Shown in pieces: positions 55,111 through 64,000 of a stretch of 64,000 nucleotides of DNA. Positions within the stretch are counted from its first letter, which is position 1. The number at the start of each line of letters is the position of its first letter. Source of the stretch: the human T2T-CHM13v2.0 reference genome, Homo sapiens. The stretch is from the NCBI RefSeq assembly GCF_009914755.1, contig NC_060944.1; one strand, written 5' to 3'. Position numbers and translations under genes: made by a program. The notes beneath the pieces are model-generated. The model worked only from the letters and a program-made list of their open reading frames with translations, made no database searches and was not told the origin of the DNA.

Positions 55111-55459
<349 letters not shown>

Positions 55460-55629
55460 TAGAGTGCTAGCTTTAAAAGCCCCACCTGCTCTACTCTGGT
55501 TCAGCTGCCTGGTGGAAGGAAAGGAATTTCCCATCATGCTTCTCTTCCCAAAAAGATTCTGGCTCCAGTTCCTTCCAGTGAGGACCCACGGGGTGGCAGA
55601 GTTGGGTCTGGCCTCTAGATCCCAGTTAC

Positions 55630-55833
55630 CTGGGGGGCTGCCAGGGGGGATGTGGGCAGGGCCCTCGGACGGGACGCCGTGGAGCCTCATCTCATTGCTG
55701 TGTCCCAGCTGCACCCGTCTCAGTATGGACCGCTCCATGTGGATGTCCTGGGGCCCCCAGGGATCAACTAGGGTCCCCCAAGTTGAGGAATCACCTGGTG
55801 CCATTGAAGGGAGGTGGCGTGGACCGGCGGAAC
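55630..55833 (-). CDS. ZBP1: ZBP1 exon 6 (RHIM2, VQLG)
   Basis: gccag| SAGPRHLPSM...LRRVQLGHSNEM...GSPP G|GTAAC; 204 nt. Confidence 0.97.
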
Positions 55834-56566
55834 CTGGCAGGGGACAGTGGCACAGCCTCACCGGAGATTACTGCAGGCTTCTTCCTTTCCCTCACCACCA
55901 CACGCAGGCCTGTCCTCTGAATTCTTCCTGGACACCATCGAACTGGCGGCCAAAGACTTCAGGCTCTGGCTTAGAGAGCAAGAGGACCTGGCGGAATAGC
56001 TCATTTTGGGGCTCCCTGAGTTCTCAGGAGCGGGGCTGGTCCTGGGTGTTGCAGGGACACTCACAAACCCAAACAATGAGCTCCTTGTTCTGATTCCCAG
56101 TCACTCCCGAGCCTTCTGACCTCATGGGGACCAAGTCTCGTTTGGTGCCAACACCAAAGGCTCAGAGCCTCCCGCAGTGTTTTAACTGCCAGGGACAACA
56201 TTTATTTTTATGGTGTTTTTCATGATTTACACTTAAAATAATACTATAAAATTGTTTTAAAATAAATTTTTAAAAAGGTGCACTACTCAACAACATTAAT
56301 TAAATAATCAGACATGGGTATGGCCAGAATCAGGAAGGTGGGGCTCAGAAGATTAAAGCTAGGGAAACCATGATCTAGATTCTAGAACAAGGTTCCTCAT
56401 TTCACAACTGAGGCTGACAGTGGGGAAAGGTTCTCCCAAGGTTACAGGGAGTGTCCCGACTTTGGGGCTGATGCTGTCACTCACAGGTGACAAGGCTGGG
56501 CTGACAGGTGGCTCTGTCCCCTCTTGCCACAGTGCCCGGCACAGGGTAAGTGCTCAAAGTGCAACA

Positions 56567-56668
56567 CCGCATTTCATCCAAACTAGGATGCCACAGGTGG
56601 TGAGATGCACCCCAGTTTCCAGCCTGTTAAAATGTGGGGGAAAGTAGCGTGTCTCAGAACAAATACGG
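56567..56668. mobile_element. MER104/Kanga-like Tc2 MITE
   Basis: TIR-like ccgcatttcatc / aaatacgg ends. Confidence 0.5.
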
Positions 56669-56806
56669 TACTACAATAACCTCCCCTGTAGCATTCCGCG
56701 GAGGGAAAGGCAATTGAGTTGTTTCTCATGAAAAACACCGGACCCCATTGAAAATGAGGCATAAGGTCAGGCGCAACACAGAGATACCCCATCTTAATTT
56801 TAAAAT

Positions 56807-56812
56807 TTTATT
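56807..56812 (-). terminator. ZBP1 intron 5 poly(A) signal (short isoform)
   Basis: AATAAA on the - strand about 180 nt after the stop (56989) of the exon 5 read-through ORF. Confidence 0.6.
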
Positions 56813-57065
56813 AGAAAAATAAAAATTAAATTAAACTTTAAAATGAGGTAGAAAGTATCAGAGTACAGGGAAATCAGGAGAGCTTTGATCCAGGTGTCCT
56901 CATTCTCAGGACGGCCGTAAAGGTGGACTGTGGGGGTCTGGAAGCAACCCTTTCCCCTTGGAGGGCAGAATCCCCCCACTCCCCATCCCTACCCTTTGCC
57001 CCCACCCAGAGGATCCGGTGGCTCCCCACCGAGGTCCCCTCCCTGGGCTCTCTTGGGTGACTTAC

Positions 57066-57233
57066 CGTCCTCCCTGGAGACTGTCTGTCTTGTAATGATG
57101 TTCCCGTGTCCAATCTGGATGGCTTCGGAGTTTGCAATGGAAATCCAGCTGTTGGGTCCATTCTGGCAGATCATGTTGATTGGATTGTGCTGGTAAATAA
57201 TTGAGGCTGACTTTGCTCTTCTTCCAGAATCTT
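57066..57233 (-). CDS. ZBP1: ZBP1 exon 5 (RHIM1, IQIG)
   Basis: tttgcag| DSGRRAKSASIIYQHNPINM...NSEAIQIGHGNII...SRED G|GTAAG; 168 nt. Confidence 0.97.
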
Positions 57234-57791
57234 CTGCAAAATAATATTCAACTGTATCCCTTTGCCACTGTCTATGGGTCAGGGGTTCCCAATACCAGTC
57301 GGCAGCACCAAATTCTCCTGGGGAGCTTGTTAAAATACCCTGGGCGTTCCGAGTCAGTAGGGCCAAGTGGGAGGCCAGAGCTGGGTGTTTAACAGACACC
57401 ACAGGTACCTCAGAGGGAGCCTCACTTGAAAATAGCCACTGTGAGTCACCCTACCTGTGTCTTTTGCTGCCTCCATGGCTGGGCCGCCATGATTGCTGGC
57501 TGGGAGGACCGCAGGGGCCCCACACTGCTCTCCCTAGGGGGCAGCCACAGCCCGGACCCCCGAGCACCTGCACCATTGCCCTTTTCCCTTGAGTAATGGC
57601 CGAGAAACAGCAGCCCATTGGGCCAGATCGGTCGTGTTTGGCTCCCATGACATTTTCAATATTTGAATTTGTCACTAGTGTTTAAAATCTGGTGGCTGTC
57701 ACGCGTTATTCCTTCCTCACAGCAGCCCTAGGATGCTGAGACCCCCTCGGGCACCCGTCATGAGTAGCAGAGTCAGCCCTGCAGAGGTTGA

Positions 57792-58258
<467 letters not shown>

Positions 58259-58789
58259 TAGTATTCATTTCCTCTGATTTTAAATGAAATTAAAATTAAA
58301 ACATTTTCAAGGACCCCTGAGAATGCCATGCACCTATTGGATCTTGGCCCTGTGTGTGTTAGGTCTCACGGGGAAGCTGACCCTGCGCTGACCCTGGGGC
58401 TCCAGCCGGTAGGGGTCCAAGACTAGTCTTGCCTTCTCTTCTGCCAACTTTTAAACCCCAACTTGAGCAAAGTGCTCAAAGAAAACCATTCCCAAACTCA
58501 GACTGATCCCTGCACCCCAGAGCTGAGAACATTGGGAATGGGCCACCTCCGTCCCATTCACTGGCCTTCTGCAACTGCAGACCTTGGGCCACACCTCCAA
58601 AAAGCTGTCCCTGGTTAATCTTGCCAGCACACCCCTTCCTCCTGGAAGCCCTTGCAGTGAATTGTCGGTAGGACCTCCAGAAGCTTCTAGCAGTTTCCGG
58701 TGAGCTGCTCAGCAGAGCACCCAGCAAAGACCAAGCACTAGTGTCATGGTTTCCCTCTGCAGCCCAGACACAGGCAGCCGGGGGCCTAC

Positions 58790-58963
58790 CTGGGCGGTAA
58801 ATCGTCCATGCTTTGGACTGCTCATCCATGTCCAGAAGGTGCCTGCTCTTCATCCTGTACAAGTCTCGGTTCACATCTTTTGCTGTCCTCATTCCCAGTG
58901 CTTGGGCGATGACCAGGGCCCTCTGGGGACCATTGTCTTTGAGAAACCTGTAGATGTCTTCCT
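58790..58963 (-). CDS. ZBP1: ZBP1 exon 4 (Zalpha2/Zbeta)
   Basis: cccag| EDIYRFLKDNGPQRALVIAQALGMRTAKDVNRDLYRM...KAWTIYRP G|GTAGG; 174 nt. Confidence 0.97.
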
Positions 58964-59414
58964 CTGGGAGGCAGGATGGCCAGGTGGTTAGGGAGTAGTC
59001 CTAGGGTTTGCATCTGCCCCACCGCTTCCTAGCTGTGTGGCCCTGGACCCAGCCCCTCAAGGCCTGGTTTCCTCATCTGTAAAATGGGTGTCATGATAAC
59101 GGGGTCATCATGACGCACCGCAGAGGTGCCCTGAGGGTGGGGGATGTGCACAGAGTGCTCTGCGCTGGGCCTGGCATGTGGCGGGTGCATGGTGAGGGTC
59201 AGCTATTGTCTGACTGGAGAAATCACTGCTCAGCCATTCAGATTCTCCCACTGTGAGGGCTGGGTCTTGGCTCTGAACACTGTATGGGAGCTGCCTGGTG
59301 GGTGGGACAGGGCCCCTGAACACTGGTGAGATCTTGTACCCTCAAGGAGGGCCTGGGGTTCCTGGGGAGTGGGATCCTGTGTCCCGGGAACTGAAGGGAC
59401 ATGCAAAAACTTAC

Positions 59415-59483
59415 CCCGTTGTTGGCTGAACTGAGGGCCAGGGGTCTCTGGAATTGTAGCTGCATGTTGCTGGGGCCTCTCGG
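59415..59483 (-). CDS. ZBP1: ZBP1 exon 3 (linker)
   Basis: ctgcag| (A)ERPQQHAATIPETPGPQFSQQR G|GTAAG; 69 nt. Confidence 0.95.
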
Positions 59484-60144
59484 CTGCAGAAAGAAAGATG
59501 GGTCAGAGGGGTGGGGGACAGAAGACAGCACCAGGCCTCCACCCCACAAAGGTGGGCAGCTCCCTAGGGGTAAGTGGCAATGCCGGTAGTTGCAAACTCA
59601 GACTCCAGAGTTCAACACACTTGACTTCAAATCCTGCCTGCGCCCTGGCAGCTGCGGCTTCCTGCCGATTAACTTCTCCGGGGCTCAGCCTCCTTTGCCT
59701 CCTGGGGTTGTGTGAGGGCTGGGTGAACCCCAAAACAGTGCCTGGCTAATCTTAAGTGCATGATAAATGGCAGCTCCTTCTGGCTGTGGGCTGTAAAGCT
59801 AGAAAAGGGGGGCTGGTGGGACTGCATATGTTCTGTGATTGGGACCATGGCGTCATTGCTGTCTCCATCATGATGATTTTCTATTATAATTGTTAGTGTT
59901 CTGCAGAGTACCTCCTGTGTGCAGGGCTGGGCTGAGCCTGACGCAGGGCCTCCTCTCAGCAACCCCTACCAAGCAGCCCTGCTGTGAGCTCCATCAACCA
60001 GAAAAAGAAACCAAGGCACAGAGAGGAAACCTGTGAGCTCCCATGTGGCAGAGTTCAGATTCGAACCCAGGCTCAAATCTGTGCTTGTCCATTGCCAGGA
60101 TGCTCCCTGCAGGGTCAGACCCGCCTCCCCGGGGTGGCAGTTAC

Positions 60145-60369
60145 CAGGGCTGGACAAGGCCAGCTCTGCAGGACCCTCGCCTTCAGGATCAGTCCCGCCC
60201 AAGCACCAGGTGGCAGGGGATGTGAGGGAGACTTTCAACTCCTTTTTCATTCGGTAGAGGACTTGGTTGAGCTCCCTCTTGGGTGCTTGGCATTCCTTCA
60301 CCAGCTGGGCAAGTTTCACCGGGGAGCCAGCCTCTGTCAGCACCTGCAGGATTCTTTGTTCAAGGTGGC
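60145..60369 (-). CDS. ZBP1: ZBP1 exon 2 (Zalpha1)
   Basis: cag| HLEQRILQVLTEAGSPVKLAQLVKECQAPKRELNQVLYRM...PATW...SSP G|GTAAC; 225 nt; Zalpha N/Y/W residues present. Confidence 0.97.
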
Positions 60370-61475
60370 CTGGGGGAGCGAGCGGGGGACAGAGAGGGGA
60401 ACTGAGTCTCCCAGGTCCCCACAGTTGAGCCCAGGCTGGAGGCTCCAGGAGGCACGTAGGCCCCTTTTTGAGAGGGGTCCAGGGCAGAGGAAAGGGCAAG
60501 GACCCCAGCAGATGCCCCCTAAGAGCAGTAGGGCAGCTGCATCTGCCCAGAGGGAGGCATGCAGGCTGATCAGAAACGGCCTTGGCTGCGCAGCCTGGTG
60601 GCCAGGGGAGGTGCCACCTCGCCTGTGCCCTCCCCGGGTGTGGGTTCCAGAGGGCAGTGGGGTTCCTCAGCTCTCAGGTGTCCTCAGGGCAGAGGGGAGT
60701 AGAGGGCAGAAGGACGGAGCCAGAGGGAGGCAGGGGGACCTGGGAGCGCAAAGGCAAGTCCTGCCTGGGACGCCTGCCTGGGTTTACCTGATGCCCATCG
60801 CCATCCTCCCCGGGAGTGCCCTCCTCTCAGCTCACCATCCATCCATGGCGCCACTATCCATCCAAGCCAGAGACCGACCAGACATCAGAAACAGACCTTT
60901 CCCCCAGTGCCCAGTCGTGGAGCCCTGGAAATGCCATTCCTGGATTCTCTGGAATCCCCCCACTCCTCTCTTTTCTGCCAGCACCACCCCCTTCCTCTTC
61001 ACCATCTCCTAGGTACAGTGATAGGCTCCCCGTTGGCCCGCCAGCTCCAGTCAGGTACCCTCCAGATCTGGCTCTGCCAACCACCCAGCTTGGCCTGCAC
61101 CTGCCCCCAACTTCCCTCCAAGTGCTGGCCTGTCTGTGCTCCCTTCAGCCCCACTCTCCCCAGCCCCTTTGTGCACACTGTTCCTGCTGCCAGGAGCACC
61201 CTTCCCTCACGCCCCAACCTGTATGATGTCTACTCAACCTCCAGGCCTCCTCAGATGCCACTTCCTAGGGAAAGCCTGTCTCTGTGTCCCAGAGTGGCTG
61301 GGACGCTGCTTGTGTGTGGGTCCCCTGCAGAACTTCCCCTAGTGTCCCCTGCTGTGCTTGCATGGCTCACTGTTGTACCTTCAGCATCTAGCACAGTGCT
61401 GGGCACACAGTAGGTGCTCAGGAAATGGCAGTTGAATGTATGAGTGACTGAGTGAATGAATGAATGAATGAATGG

Positions 61476-61770
61476 GGCCAGGAGTGGTGGCTCACACTTG
61501 TAATCCTAGCACATCAGAAGGCTGAGATGGGAGGACCCCTAGAGGCCAGGAGTTCTAGACCAGCCTGGGCAACATAGTGAGACCCCCATCTCTACAAAAA
61601 AAGAGAAAAATCAGGTAGGTACGATGGCATATGCCTGTAGTCCCAGCTGCTTAAGAGGCTAAAAGTGGGAGGATCGCTTGAATCTAGGAGGTAGCAGTTG
61701 CAGTGAGCTATGAATGCACCACTGCACTCCAGCCTGGACAAGACCCCATCTCTGGAAAAAAAAAAAAAAA
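61476..61770 (+). mobile_element. AluJ in ZBP1 intron 1 (antisense to ZBP1)
   Basis: 'cagcctgggcaacatagtgagacccc', 'ggaggatcgcttga', A-tail. Confidence 0.9.
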
Positions 61771-62134
61771 GGACTGAATGAGTGAGTGTCTGTCTCTAGG
61801 GACAGACGTTTACCCAATAGACCCTGGGCAGGGCCCGGGTAGCTTCTCCTTGGCCAGTTGGCAATGTGCTGCTGTTTCCTGGCCTGAGTTTAATGAGGAC
61901 TAAGCAGGACCCCAAGAGGTTCAAGGAGGAATTCTCCAAATGGCCCCTGCTCCTCCTGAGGCAGCTCTTAAAAATCAAAACCATTAGCTCACACAATGAT
62001 TAAAAGATCAAAGCCAGCTGCTCTGCCCAGAGATGAGGCTGGGGCAGACGCAGGTTACGGGCAGCACCTGGCAGCCAGCAGCCTGGGAGAGCCACTGTGG
62101 GCGGGGGCCCCACCTGTCACCAGGAAGCTTCTGC

Positions 62135-62390
62135 TTCAAGGAACCTGAGGGCAGTGCATGGGAGAGCCCTTCTTGGAAAGACCTGAGTTCCCCTTCCAGG
62201 ACAGTGACTCAGTCCTTTGTCATCTGGGCTTTCTTTCCTGTTCAGAGGATTCTCCAGGTTTGCCCAGGGTTCCTTGGTCACAGCACTTGTAGGGGAGGGA
62301 AGAATCAGTTTGTGCCTCACCCTGATGGTTACAACGCTGACCGGCTTGCCGTGTGCAGGTGAAGACCAATTAGAAGACCTGGGAATTCCC
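62135..62390. promoter_or_regulatory. Candidate ZBP1 intron 1 enhancer (2x GAS, AP-1, NF-kB)
   Basis: TTCAAGGAA 62135, TTCTTGGAA 62170, TGACTCA 62205, GGGAATTCCC 62381. Confidence 0.5.
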
Positions 62391-62479
62391 ACTCCTGCGC
62401 CCACCAAACTCCCCCACCGGCAGCCAGCAGCACCTCCATGCACCTGACTTCACACCTGGCTTCACCTTGTCTCGCAGAG

Positions 62480-62781
62480 TTTTTTGTTTTTTGGTTTTGA
62501 GATGGAATTTCGTTCTTGTTGCCTGGTCTGCGGCTGCAGTGGTGTGATCTCGGCTCACTGCAACCTCCACCTCCTGGGTTCAAGCAATTCTCTTGCCTCA
62601 GTCTCTCAAGTAGCTGAGATTACAGGCACGCACCACTACACCCGGCTGATTTTTGTATTTTTAGTAGAGACAGGGTTTCCCTTTTTGGCCAGGCTGGTGT
62701 CAAACTCCTGACCTTGGGTGATCCCCGCAACTCAGCCTCCCAAAGTGCTGGGATTGCAGGCGTGAGCCACTGCGCCTGGCC
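62480..62781 (-). mobile_element. AluS in ZBP1 intron 1
   Basis: Full dimer. Confidence 0.92.
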
Positions 62782-63618
62782 GCAGTTTTGATTCTGGAAG
62801 GCTGACCTTAGGGAGCCACTGCCTCGGCTCCACACACCCCAGAGGAGATGGGGGTCAGAGGTGTGGATGCAGGACAAGCACTGGCCCTGGGCTGGCCTCG
62901 ACTGCTGAGTCCCAGGCTACTGTGTCTGAAAATGGGAAATTGTAAAATGGAGCAGGTGTAGGCAACAATTTGGTCACAAAAGGAAAATCAACTGGGGAGG
63001 AAGACAAGAAAAGCCAGCGAGGGCTGAGTCCGGAACCTGCGTCAGCACCCGTGAGTCCCCGAAGAGGAAGCTCCACAGGACCTCCGCGGTCAGCCCGGCT
63101 CCTGGGCCACACCCTGACATTAGCCCTCCCGGGGCACACTCTGTGTTGGTTTTTTAAAATTCTGATGGCTGATTTCCTGGGTTTGAGCTCCTAGCCCTGC
63201 CAACTACTAGCTGTGTGACCTCCCCTCCGGCTTCAGGTTCCTCTTCTGTGAAATGGAGACAGTAATAACTACTTCAAAGATTGTGGTGAGGATTAAAAAC
63301 AAAACAAACACATCCCCCAAACCGCAAAACCACACTTCACCTACAGTCCACAGCGCTTAGTGGAGACCCTAGAGAACAGCAATTACTCGATACACTATTG
63401 GCTTTCATTGCAACTCTTCCAGGAATAAAATGAATGAAATGTTAGTTGAGGAAAGGATGCAACAAGGGGGAACAAAGGCACACATGTATCTCATCAAAGC
63501 AAACCGCTTTGTTCTCGATATGACTGTGACATGGGTGTTCAGACGCTAACACCAGCGTTCGCCAGCTGTGTTACCCCGAGAGTGTCATTTCACCTCTCAG
63601 GGCCTCAGTTATCTATAA

Positions 63619-64000
<382 letters not shown>

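Noticed and set aside
59984-61012. 342-aa + strand ORF antisense to ZBP1 exon 2
   Set aside because: GTG start, GC-rich low-complexity composition, no recognisable domain; expected shadow ORF.

Overview
Human genomic DNA that I recognise as chr20q13.31. The window holds the complete PCK1 gene (+ strand, 10 exons, CDS 5209-9601, spliced length 1869 nt = 622 aa cytosolic PEPCK) with its well-studied promoter (TATA, CRE, NF1, HNF1, glucocorticoid-response unit). About 36 kb of repeat-rich intergenic DNA follows, then exons 2-8 of the convergent ZBP1 gene (- strand, Z-nucleic-acid sensor, 429 aa; exon 1 lies past the window end). All exon boundaries were read from GT/AG sites and the frames add up. 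I find no evidence of a new gene or a new biological system. The best leads are hypotheses: (i) a divergent pair of consensus CTCF sites between the genes; (ii) ZBP1 3'-end signals supplied by nested transposons, with inverted Alus that could make the ZBP1 transcript its own dsRNA/Z-RNA ligand; (iii) all-phase-1 domain exons of ZBP1, allowing a stop-free exon 2-4 circle and truncated isoforms; (iv) a 66-nt hairpin plus A9T10 insert in Tigger1 resembling a Pol III small-RNA retrocopy; (v) apparent differences between the human and rodent PCK1 hormone-response elements. Repeat names, SNP identities and rodent comparisons come from memory and need database confirmation.
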